Of a DNA stretch of 64,000 nt, positions 38,674-50,237 are shown piece by piece (positions within the stretch are counted from its first letter, which is position 1; each line of letters opens with the position of its first letter). Where the stretch lies: NCBI GenBank assembly GCA_951406725.2, contig OX597814.1, positions 45,446,001 to 45,510,000 of the forward strand. The letters run 5' to 3'. The stretch is from Octopus vulgaris (lineage: Eukaryota). Both the position numbers and the translations under genes were made by a program. The notes under the pieces were generated by a model. It saw nothing but the letters and a program-made list of their open reading frames with translations. It searched no databases and had not been told where the DNA came from.

Positions 38674-41276
38674 CTAGGGAGAAAAAAATTATTATATTGT
38701 TATGCTTTTAATGATTTCCGATAAACAAGACAAAACAACGTAAAATATATATATATATATATCAAATTGACAGTTCAATAACGCTTAGATATTTTGCAAA
38801 TAACTGCTAAAAATCAATATATATTTAGATTATTATTGTTAATAATGACTTTTTACACAGAAGAAAAGCATTAAAATTCCTAAGGTAGCTAAATTATAGT
38901 TCAAGAAGCTTTCTTGTATATTTGTAAGACTAGTGCTTCTTAAACTAATTTGCATAAATGGCCTCTGATTGATGACTTACAGAATTCAAAGGTTGTCATG
39001 TTTGTTAAACTTTCTTTTATCTTATTTCATGAGTATGTCTCTATCAAACATCTTGTAGAAGCAAAAATGACTGAGTCTTTAGGGTACTAGACAACCATCA
39101 AGGGCTGATAGTGTGTCTCCTGTTAACAATACTATGCTCTATTAACAATCAAAACCTTGTAAAACACTCATGCAACCACATAAAGTTTTAGTTAGTCACT
39201 GCTTTTCACCAAATTAATAAACCATTGAAAGAGTAGTATCTCTCAGCCATGTATTGGCTACATAATGAAACTCCAAACTTTCTTCTACAGAAATTAACCA
39301 GAGCAAAGAATCAGCAGAAAGATTCTTTCAACTCTTGTTTCGATTTAGCCTCAGACAACATGTCTTAGTTGAACAAGACAACAGTTTGCTGTGTCTTGAT
39401 TCCACCAGGTTACTGGCAATATATGCTAATTTTCATTATTTTATTTCTGTAATATACTCCATTCACACTACACATGTGACCTAGAACGACTCATATTTCA
39501 AAGATACATGAATAATGTTGTTGGCTTGGCAAACATATCTCTTTGCCCAACACAACCTCTACAATACAACATGTATAAATACAAAATTTGATCTCAAGAA
39601 TGTAATAATTAAAGATGCCACTTCTCTCTATCACAATGAAATTTGCAAGACATAAATCCAAAATACAGAATTTGTGATTTTGAAATGTCACCTTTTTTTT
39701 TGTCATAGGTAATGAGATGTTATGATGACTTTAAATATATCAAATAGTGCTGCTTTGACTGGCATGTAAAAAGCACCATCCAACCGTAGTCAATGCCAGC
39801 TCCTCTGACCCCTGTGCCAGTGATACATAAAAAGATCCACTATACACTCGGAGTGGCTGGCGTTAGGAAGGGCATCCAGCTGTAGAAAACAATGCCAGAT
39901 CAGATTGGGGCCTGGTGCAGCCTCCTGGCTTCCCAGACTGCTGTCGAACCGTCCAACTCATGCCAGCATGGAAAACGGACGTTAAATAATGATGATGATG
40001 ATATTATGAAGTGTGTAGTTATTTTTGTGTAGGCCCAGATAAGCTCTGATTATGTCAGGAGTTGACTGAACAAGATGTGAAACAGATCTGTTATTCCAGT
40101 TTATACTAGGTCTCCACCACACCTGACACACTGTGAGGAATTGCATACAGTGCAACAGTGTGACATTCTCAACATTTTACACGTTCTACACCGTTCAATC
40201 TATATCTATACTCCCATAAATTCAGGTGACAGCCACAGTGAAAGTGGACAAGATGAACTTGATCTGAATGAAACATTTGCTGTCCCTCTACATATTTTAC
40301 AGGTGATGTGCATCCCAGCACAACATTTGGAGCTAATGAGGCAATTAATGATGCAACTACTTCTAAGTGTATGGTTTTTGGTGGGTTTTTTTTATTATTT
40401 TATTTTTACGTTTGTCTAAGCTGAATAGAAACGATAGTGTTTTTAGGATGCTGCTGTAGTAGTTCTCTGAGCTGTTGTATAGGTGTCCGGGCGTTTAAGA
40501 GTGATTTTTCTATATAGTGACAGCAACTGCGAGAATCTATGTTTTTTAAGGCAACAAACTGTGACCCTTGCATGTCAAAATGATCGTTATTTTTAATAAA
40601 TTTCTTTTGCTGTTCTGTTTGCAACGCTTGATGATGCGTAGTGCAGTTTTCTGCACTCTGAAGTTTGCTTATGGTCCCAAACAGGGATAGCATAATCCTT
40701 GATGAATCTGATGTTCGTACACAACTGTTATTGATTCCTTCTTTTAAATAGGGTACTTGCGAGTAATTTATATGAGTTCGTAACTTGTTTTGCTTAAGCA
40801 GAGTAGTAATATTATTTTGTGAAAATTTTACACATTCTCTCTCTCTCTTCTTTTGTGTAAAAAGCAAATGAACATCGATATAAATCATCGCAAAATGATA
40901 TATAGAAATACTACTCGCTGGCGTGCGAAGATAAACATTTGCGTTCACATAAAAGAAAACACAGTTCGTACAATGTACAATGATGAAGCAACAAGAACAG
41001 AGAAAGAATTTGTCGAAAGTTTGTAGTTAAAGATAAATAAGTCGTAACAGGAAAAAATAACTGTTACTTTATCCTAAATATTTGTGTTGTGATTCGAAAG
41101 TGAAACAGCTGAAATTTTGATCTGAGATAAGCATATGAGACAAAACATAGATGGTTAATTAATTTTCGACGGGAAATACAAGACATTTTCCGTCGTATTT
41201 AAATATTTACCATGCCATTATATTCAGTAATTCAAATGACTAACGAAATAAACAATTCCATAACCGTTCATCTTAC

Positions 41277-41286
41277 CGTGTTGCAT
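41277..41286 (-). CDS. ZSWIM7: ZSWIM7 putative coding exon 1 (ATG CAA CAC G; MQH-)
   Basis: ATG followed by a strong donor (G|GTAAGA). Its phase-1 end matches the next exon, and it lies in a CpG-retaining, promoter-like region. This is the least certain exon because it is so short. Confidence 0.55.
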
Positions 41287-41707
41287 GCCTAATGATTTGT
41301 GACTCAAGTTTTTAAAGAAACTATTTGAATATCCTAAGTAAATAAACTCAATTCTAGCGCAATTTTTCGCACTTGTAACCAATGAGATACAAAAGCTTAG
41401 AAGGGAGACAACTTTAGAAGTTGTGTACCTTAAAAGTCTGGTGAGATGGTGAAATAAATAGAGTTGCTTTATCCCACATAAGAACTGCAATCGCTTATCT
41501 TGATTGTAACTAAAGCTACGGCAATGTTGGAAGCCCTGCGATATCTTGAGCAGATCACTGTTTACTAGCTATGGCTATTACTGTAAGAATAGTATCGATA
41601 CACGCGCACGCATGCACACACACATTGTGGGACAGAAAAAAATGTGCATTACAGCTTGTTTACATTGTAACACTATGTATGCATGCATGCATGCATGTAT
41701 GTATGTA

Positions 41708-41738
<31 letters not shown>

Positions 41739-42392
41739 GTATGTAAACTACAGTAATATAGATTCGTTTGAGCCAATTTTACCAGTTGGTTTCGTACACG
41801 AGAGTTTGGGAAAACCAATCCCGGTACTCATCACAAGGGATCTTCTGTCCAGACGTCTGTCTACCTACTCGGATCCTTTGACACTGCCTTATATACAACA
41901 GTTTCTGCACTGCATTGGCCACTTAGTGAACATACAGCATTGACTCTGCATGGGTATCCTGCCTCTGTTTCTGGAATGAGGTGGTGAAGCATAACCTTCG
42001 AACATTGGGCCTCACCAAGGCAATGACCAAAGCTAAAACCAAAGTCCTAATAAGTAGGAAGGCAGACAAACCACAAATCCTTTCAGATAGATGGCCCTGC
42101 TCGATCTGTAGAAAAGGCATGGGTAGAAACTCTATAAGATGTACCCAGAGCTCTTTGTCAGAAATATAGAAAAAAAGAAAAAGTCTAAAGAAGGGAAGAC
42201 GGAGAAAGAAAATTGCCAACGATACACACGTGGTCACAAAATGAAATGACCTTCCGGTCACTTCAATATGTGACCGCGTATATATATTTCTAAAGGTCAT
42301 TTCAATATGTGACCATGTATATATCTTTCTGAAGAATTTTCTAATATTGATTTCCTAATATTAATAATAATATATTATAATATGTATATATA

Positions 42393-43080
42393 TCATCATC
42401 ATCATCATCATCGTTTAACGTCCATTTTCCATGCTAGCATTGGTTGGACGGTTCGACCGGGGTCTGGGAAGCCAGGAGGCTGCACCAGGCTCCAGTCTGA
42501 TCTGGCAGTGTTTCTACAGCTGGATGCCCTTCCTAACGCCAACCACTCTGTGAGTGAAGTGGGTGCTTTTTACGTGCCTCCGGCACAGGTGCCAGGCGGC
42601 GCTGGCAACGACCACGATCGGTTGGTGCTTTTTACGTGCCATCAGCACGGAAGCCAGTCGAGGCAGCGCTGGCAACAGCCACGTTCAGATGGTGCTTTTT
42701 ATGTGCCACCAGCACTGGTATCACAACTACGATTTCCATTGATTTTTTTGATCGATTTCAATTTCACTTGCCTCAACAGGTCTTCGCAAGCAGAGATTTG
42801 TGTCCAAAGAAAGAAAGGTATGCATAAGTGGACTGGCTACATCCCAGGTAAAGGCCATGGGTTATGGTCTCATTTGTCCTGCCAGGTCTTCTCACGCACA
42901 GCATATTTCCAAAGGTCTCGGTCACTAGTCATTGCCTTGGTGAGACCTAGTGTTCGAAGGTCATGCTTCACCACCTTGTCCCAGATTTTCCTGGGTCTAC
43001 CTCTTCCACAGGTTCCCTCAATCGCTAGGGTGTGGCACTTTTTCACACACCTATCTTCATCATTTCTCGCCACATGACCA
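42393..43080 (-). mobile_element. RTE LINE 3' end (ORF C-terminus, 3' UTR and (GAT)n tail)
   Basis: EGTCGRGRPRKIWDKVVKHDL...DRDLWK; tail gacgttaaacgatgatgat. 3'-only copies lie at about 27735-28140, 29826-30125, 32370-32685, 35035-35182, 39760-40000, 44465-44570, 44953-45197, 45222-45420, 46138-46360, 61111-61310, 61989-62315 and 63520-63715. Confidence 0.85.
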
Positions 43081-43290
43081 TATGTGACCGCATGTGTATG
43101 ATTGGCGATTTTTTTCCTCCGTCTTCCCTTCCTTGGATCTTTCCTTTTCTATGTTTCTGACGAAGTGCTTCACTCGAAACGTTAAATCCCCCTTCTTTCT
43201 TTCCTTTCCTGAGCGCCCAATAACACAATACTTGTTCCATGTCCTCGCATTGTTGTTTTCTCTTTGTGTTTTCATATGTGGATTAATTTT
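43081..43290 (+). mobile_element. ~200-bp non-autonomous element carrying a minimal hammerhead (43153-43187)
   Basis: gttt-CTGACGA-agtg..cact-c-GAAACGTT-aaa. Homologous copy at 1591-1793 and a partial minus copy at ~42150-42237. Confidence 0.6.
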
Positions 43291-43330
43291 ATATATATAT
43301 ATATATATTACCTGTTACGCTAAGAAGCAG

Positions 43331-43367
<37 letters not shown>

Positions 43368-43368
<1 letters not shown>

Positions 43369-43744
43369 TAGCAGTATCGCCCGGCGTTGCTCAGGTTTGT
43401 AAGGGAAATAACTATAAAGCATTTTTAGAGAGTTATAGCCAAAAAATAGCAAAAAAATGGAAAAAAGATTATGGTAAATTTTTTTTTTGAGAGTTAAAAA
43501 AGGTGGAGTTGCGTCCCCTAGACGGTCTGTGGTTTGGGTTTCTGATTCTCGACCCCATGTCGAATTTATCGATTTTTTTCAGAACTGGGGGAACTTTTCT
43601 AAATTTTCGCTGCGTTAGTTTTGAATTATGACATTGGGCTATGTGTGTATCAAGTTTCATCAGAATCGGTTGAAAGCCGTGGTCAGAGTGAGGGTACGAG
43701 AAAACAGACACACAGAAAACGCACAGACAAACTGCCGTTCATAT

Positions 43745-43746
<2 letters not shown>
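43368..43746 (-). mobile_element. Non-autonomous Helitron-like element in (TA)n
   Basis: Same 3' end (hairpin plus CTAG) on the minus strand. Confidence 0.75.
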
Positions 43747-43800
<54 letters not shown>

Positions 43801-43855
43801 AGTGAATGGAATAAATGGAGTTGAATGAAGATTGTACAGAATACCTTTTATTACA

Positions 43856-43935
43856 TTCTACACATGTTTCGAAGGCCACAAATTTCCAAATTCTGTTTAA
43901 ATAAGGGTACCATATTGCGGCTTTCTCTTCAGGAA
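43856..43935 (-). ncRNA. Type I hammerhead ribozyme motif with extended stem II
   Basis: ttc-CTGAAGA-gaaagccgcaa...ttgtggccttc-GAAA-catgt-GTA-gaa on the minus strand, with AATAAA just downstream. Confidence 0.72.
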
Positions 43936-44204
43936 AAAAACAGGAATTCCGTTGACAGGACAAAACAAAACAGAGGCACAGCAATTCGAACGAAGATGCT
44001 CCTTAGGAGCCCATGGCTGAACTGTTTATCAATGTACGTTGAAATCGGGGATTTGGTGCGTTGAAGATATCTACAGGTCAGGCGGCGGTCAGATCTAGTC
44101 GGTGGAAGCAAGGGGTGTGGGGATGCTCTGTATGACCAACACTAATGTTCTGAAAAATTTAAACCTTTGAATAATCTGTTACAAGAAAATTCATCTTTCT
44201 ATTT

Positions 44205-44254
<50 letters not shown>

Positions 44255-45438
44255 TAATATATGTAATACATATATATATATATAGATATATATATACATG
44301 TTACTTGGAAATGGATGTGTGGTGCTCAATCATATAATAATATAAATAATATATATATGCATATATACATACGTATATGTACATACTTACATATATACGT
44401 ATATACATATGCATATGTAGGCACAGGACATCACAGAACGTAAACAACATAAAATACGGAAACATCATCATCATTATCATCATCATTGTTTAACATCCAC
44501 TTTCCATGGTGGCATGGGTTGGACAGCTTGATTGAGAATTGGCAAGCCGGGAGGCTGCACCAGTTCCAATCTAGCTTTGGAGGGGCACTGATCAACTTGG
44601 AGCAAACCAAGGCATTTGACAGGACCGATCATCACTATCTGGTGGCTGTCCTGAAAGCTGTTGGCTTTGGTCCTATCTTCAGTGGCTGGATCACTACAAT
44701 ATATAAATGCAGAAGAGTTGTCTATAAATGCTTATCAATATAGGATTTAATGATAAGGACAGCACTTCTGTGAAACGATCGTAAGATGCTTTAAAAACTT
44801 AATTCAAAACTTTTAAACTGTCATATACATTATATATTTATACTTATACATTTTTACATATATTTATATTTTTGATATATATCTTCCTGAAGAATTTTCT
44901 AATATTGATTTCCTGATATTAATAATAATATATCATAATATATATATATATATCATCATCATCATCATCATCATTTAGCGTCCGCTTTCCATGATAGCAT
45001 GGGTTGGACGGTTCAACTGGGGTCTGTGAAGCCAGAAGGCTGCATCAGGCCCAGTCTGATCTGGCAGTGTTTCTACGGCTGGATGCCCTTCCTAACGCCA
45101 ACCACTCCGTGAGTGTAGTGGGTGCTTTTTACGTGCCACCCACCCAGGTGCCAGATGGAGCTGGCAAACGGCCATGGATGGATGGTGCTTTTTACGTAAT
45201 ATATTATAATATATTACCGCCTGACTGGCCCTTGTGCCGGTGGCATGTAAAAGCATCCACTACAATCTCGGAGTGGTTGGCGTTAGGAAGGGTATCCAGC
45301 TGTAGAAACTCTGCCAGATCAGATTGGAGACTGGTGCAGCCATCTGGTTCTCCAGACCTCAGTCAAATCGTCCAACCCATGCTAGCATGGAAGGCGGACA
45401 TTAAACGATGATGATGATGATATATATATATATATATA

Positions 45439-45944
45439 CTAGCAGTATCGCCCGGCGTTGCTCGGGTTTGTAAGGGAAATAACTATATAAGCATTTTTAG
45501 AGAGTTACTTCCCTTATAGATGCCAATTCGGGCTTTCTTAGCCATTTCTGTTTTGGTGTCTTCAAGCCATGAAGTCGTTGTTCTAAAAGAACGCTGGTCT
45601 CCTTGACAATGCTTTACGACGTTGATTTCCTTACACTCCCTTCCCCACAGCTTCACGAGGGAGGGAAGAAGGGGGAGAAGCAAACAGGTGCAGGTGTGAC
45701 GCCAACACCGCCGCCATCGACACACGAAAAATTATGCATTAAAATGGAATAAAAAATGATGTTAAATTATTTTTAAAATCGTAGACTCATCGTAGACGCG
45801 CGCTAATATTCAGACGGGCTCGATATGAATCACGACTATAAGATACCCGAATTTGGTTAAACTGCACCGCAAAATGTGGGAGTAGTTAGGAATCTAAATC
45901 GAAGGGGACAGACACTCACACAACTACAGTTTTATATATATAGA
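45439..45944 (-). mobile_element. Non-autonomous Helitron-like element in (TA)n
   Basis: Shares both ends with 22745-23140 but has a different interior. Confidence 0.8.
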
Positions 45945-47536
45945 TATATATTTCCTGTTACGCTAAGAAGCAGTATGCAGTACCAGATTTTTCAATTTGA
46001 GTCGAATATAACTACTCCAAATTGATGTCAGAGTATCTGCATAAGTAGAGTCTGGACCAGTTAGTTTGTATTGGTATCACATCACATAAGTTATAGTAAT
46101 GAGGTCAAACCAAATAGTGATACTTTGAAATCAGTTAATCATCATCATCATCATCGTTTAACGTCTGCTTTCCATGCTAGCATGGGTTGGACGATTTGAC
46201 TGAGGACTGGCGAACCAGATGGCTGCACCAGACTCCAATCTGATCTGGCAGAGTTTCTACAGCTGGATGCCCTTCCTAACGCCAACCACTCCAAGAGTGT
46301 AGTGGGTGCTTTTACGTGCAACCGGCACAAGGGTCAGTCAAGCGGTACTGGCAACGGCCCAAAATATCACTATTTGGTTTGACTTCGTTATTACAACTTA
46401 TATTTATGTTTCTGCCTCAATCAAAGTCATCATCCAGAATGAGATTGACATATTTATAAACAAGTAGAACATGTGTATGACTTTGGTAATTTGCATAAAA
46501 ATGAACGTAGAGAAATATTTCAGAGTGAGCCAATGGCCTGAATTTGAAAAAAAAAACTAAGAAGGGTGTATTAAATACCATACAAAATAAAAATTTTTAT
46601 TTACTGAAATTATCTCTGCTTTCAGAGGAGATAGAAAAAGTGCCTGGTGGTAATTGAGACGAACTCCAAATGAGAATGGGAGATAATCTCAAAAATCATG
46701 AATTCTCCAAAAGTGACATACTTTTGATTGTCTAGAGAAAAAAAGACAGCTGTATATAGTTTCTCCTTTGATGAATATAATCAACTCAACAGTAGCCCTG
46801 TGTGTGTGTGTGTAAGAGAGAGAGAGAGAGAGTGTGTGTGTGAGAGAGAAAGAGTGAGCAATATATATATATATATATATATATATGCAATAAACCAGTG
46901 CATTTAATCAAAACAATACCATGTGATATTTATTCCTCCTAAATTATACAGAAATTCACATGTCACTCTCTTATTTGCAAATATAGTGATCAGCTCAATG
47001 AACACTTGCAATCAATGAAGCTATTATATAATATAAAGAATAGGTGTTTTTATGTCATTTCAAGAGTTCTGTTTAGTGCCTCAAGATAATACCTGGCATA
47101 TGCTAGTGGTTTTCCTATGAACATGAATAAAATAAGTTTATCTACAGAGCCACCAAAATAATCTTAAAAACTCATGACCCAAAAACATATAACTGAATCA
47201 CTATTTGACCTACAATGGAAGTTATTGACCTACATTGTATGCTATTAACCCACAAGTAATAGTTATATACTTAGAAATAAAGCAAGATAGAAATTATGCA
47301 CACTGATATCAATGTAGTTATGAAACCTCAACCACAAACACTAATCTAAATTAGAGAAGAGATTTTAATTACATTCACTTCTAAAAGTTAACGATATGAC
47401 TTAAAATTCTATGCACTTAACCACTTAACTCCATTGTAAGGAAATGAAGTGTGAGTGCACATGCATAGACACACACGTTTACATACATGTGTGTATGTGT
47501 ATGTGCACACACATGCACAAGCATGTGTGTGTGTAT

Positions 47537-48614
47537 ATCTATATATATAAAACTCAACTTGTGTATCTGTGTGTGTGTCTGTGTGTTTAACTTCCCCGCA
47601 CATCTCCTCCTGGCCAACAAATCGTAGAACCACCAAAAATGGGTCACTTAAAGTTTAGGTGAATGAAAATTGAACTGCGCCATTTCTGTTCCGAAATTCA
47701 TCTCGCAAGTGCAAAAATCAATAATGTGTTTGTTTAGGCCTTATCCCATGCATTGAATAGTGAACTTTACTCAGTCAGCTGTTTGACGTGAACTGTGTTC
47801 ACCACGCGTGCAAGCATGCGTAAATTGCATGAAAAATAAAAAATCAAGATATAAAAACGAATCACCGTAAACATTGTAGAAATTCGGCAAAGAAATGAAT
47901 TTTCGGGATGTAGCCTGGAGGGTTTTATCGTATTAATCGTTTGGACTTTGTGAACACATACCAATTGTTTTCATAACATTTTTAACGCTTTGAATTAAAT
48001 GTAACCATTTTGCATTGAGTCTGCAGTTTGAATCACTTTAACCAAATTTTAGCAGGCTGGATTTTTGATCATCACGATACATCGCCAGCGACTCCTTGAA
48101 ACTCTCCTCTGAAATCCCCGTTGAGAAATCTATATATATAACACTCAACTTGGTTTCTGTGTGTGCATCTGTGTGTGTGTCTGTGTGTTTAACTTTTGGA
48201 TCTACCAAGTTTCATTATTAAGGATGGAAAGTAGTGTGTAGCTGAAGTTGTCTGTGTGTGGCATGTTTGGTAGCTTTCAACTAACACTATCTCCTTCGAG
48301 ACCCTGCAGTGTAAGTTTACCAAAATTGATAGTATGATAGAAGAAGGCTTGCTCTTCATTCTGCAGAAGATAAAATTCAAATCGGACCATGTTAACACCA
48401 AAAATTATTTACATCAAAAAGGTGCTTTTTTTCTATGAAAATCCCTATTTTTTACGATTTTTGACTGCTGTGTCTTCATTTTTCGGTGTATTTCAACTGG
48501 AAACATTTCACTTGAAGAGAATAACAAGTTGCATAATGCAAAATTTTTACTTTTCAAAAATTCCAATTCTAAAGGGTCGAAACAAACCCAAGCAACACCA
48601 GATGATACTGCTAG
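47537..48614 (+). mobile_element. Tandem or nested Helitron-like elements
   Basis: Two tctatatatataa.actcaactt starts (47537 and 48129) and a terminal gatactgCTAG|T at 48614. Confidence 0.65.
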
Positions 48615-48749
48615 TGTATATATACATATATATACATACCCCAAAATGTGCACTGGAAGATGCAACATGTCACCAAAAGGTTTGAGCACAGTAGATAAGT
48701 TCATCACTCCACTTTTATGTTCCATGTAACTTAACAACAAATTTCATAA

Positions 48750-49200
48750 TACTACTGAGCATTTGCCATTATATATTATAGTGATCCAGCCACTGAAGAT
48801 AGGACCAAAGCCAACAGCTTTCAGGACAGCCACCAGATAGTGATGATTAGTCCTGTCAAATGCCTTGGACTGCTCCAAGTTGATCAGTGCCCCTCTAAAG
48901 CTAGATCTATCCATGACCCATTCTACAATATATTGCATGAGGTGGGGTGGGAGAGTTGTCATGGATAGATCTGCAGGGGATTGCACAGATTTGTGTATCC
49001 CCAACTACACTACTGACAACAAGTGCCAGCCTCTTGGTGAGCACCTTAGCTGAATTCTTTAACTCAGTGCTGAGCAGAGTTATGGCCCTAAAGTTTTCCA
49101 TCAGATTCCCCTTGTTCGAATCCTTCCTCAACAGAGTCACCACTCCTGGCTCACATGACTGGGAATGCTCCCAGTCTGCTGTCAGGTGTAGTAGATGGCT
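48750..49200 (-). mobile_element. Tx1/L1 reverse transcriptase fragment
   Basis: NFRAITLLSTELK..AKVL..RL and GALINLEQSKAFDR. Confidence 0.8.
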
Positions 49201-50237
49201 GCCAAATCAGTTCGTACCAGTGATGAGGCCAAATATCCCTGAAAGTTTTATCTATATCCATCCAGTGGTTCTTCAGATATCTTGTCCATGGACAAACAAA
49301 CAAACACAACTGAAAACAATGCCTCCGCCTTAGCGAAGGTGGAGGTAATAAATATACATGCATACAATTAAAAGATGATTCCAGATACTGTGGATAGTGA
49401 ATATTGTCAGTTAATTTGTAGTATATATATCTTCAATGACAAACTGTTTTTGCCCAGTACATTGATTATAATTCCTTTAATAATCCTGTTATTAGAGTAT
49501 CACTTAACATATAAAATGTATTTTAGTTTTAGGTAACTGTTTATTGATAAACTTTTTAACAATACAATATAGCAGGGAGATTCTTTTTTTCAAAGTACAT
49601 CTGCTGACATGCAGTTCTTGGCTTTGCCATCAGATACAAGTTGTAATTCTCAGTCATAAAAAGTAATTATATATTAATTAAATTTTATGTTTACTATGGA
49701 TTAAATATTTTGTTTCTTCACTTTTGTTCGTTTCTTAATAGATCTATGCATTATGAAATGTCCTAAATTTTAACTCTTTTCTGTGACCTAGTAGTAACTG
49801 ACACAATTTCACAGATGAGCAAAATGTTTTGACATTTCATGGTACATGCAACTCATAGGGTCTATTCTGAAGAATAGATGAAAGTGAATGTTAAGTTATT
49901 TATTTTTTGTTTGTTTGTTTTTTTTTATTTTGTTGAATCTTAATCATTTTATTTTATTTTCATCAATCTATATCACTTATAAGCTTTTGTATGACCTTAT
50001 ATCTCATGAAAAAGTAGTTACTAACATTTCCACAACCAACAATTATCTTAATGTTATCTTTAAGATAATCACTTATCCCTTTATCATCTCATTTTCTTAC
50101 AGCTTATTTATATATTTATATAGTATTTAAGACCAATCTTCCATTCCTATATTTATACAAATAACACAAAATTAATTATAGAAATATTAATATTTCTAAA
50201 TCTCTCTAAAGGTGACTACGGCAGCAGTACTGGATAT

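Noticed and set aside
42562-42715. CRISPR-like repeat-spacer pattern (25-nt palindromic repeat, ~40-nt spacers)
   Set aside because: The spacers are homologous to each other, the array is part of a multi-copy eukaryotic LINE 3' UTR, and there are no cas genes.
42382-43077. 231-aa plus-strand ORF (and similar LQLDALPNANHS ORFs elsewhere)
   Set aside because: Antisense reading of the RTE 3' end repeat.
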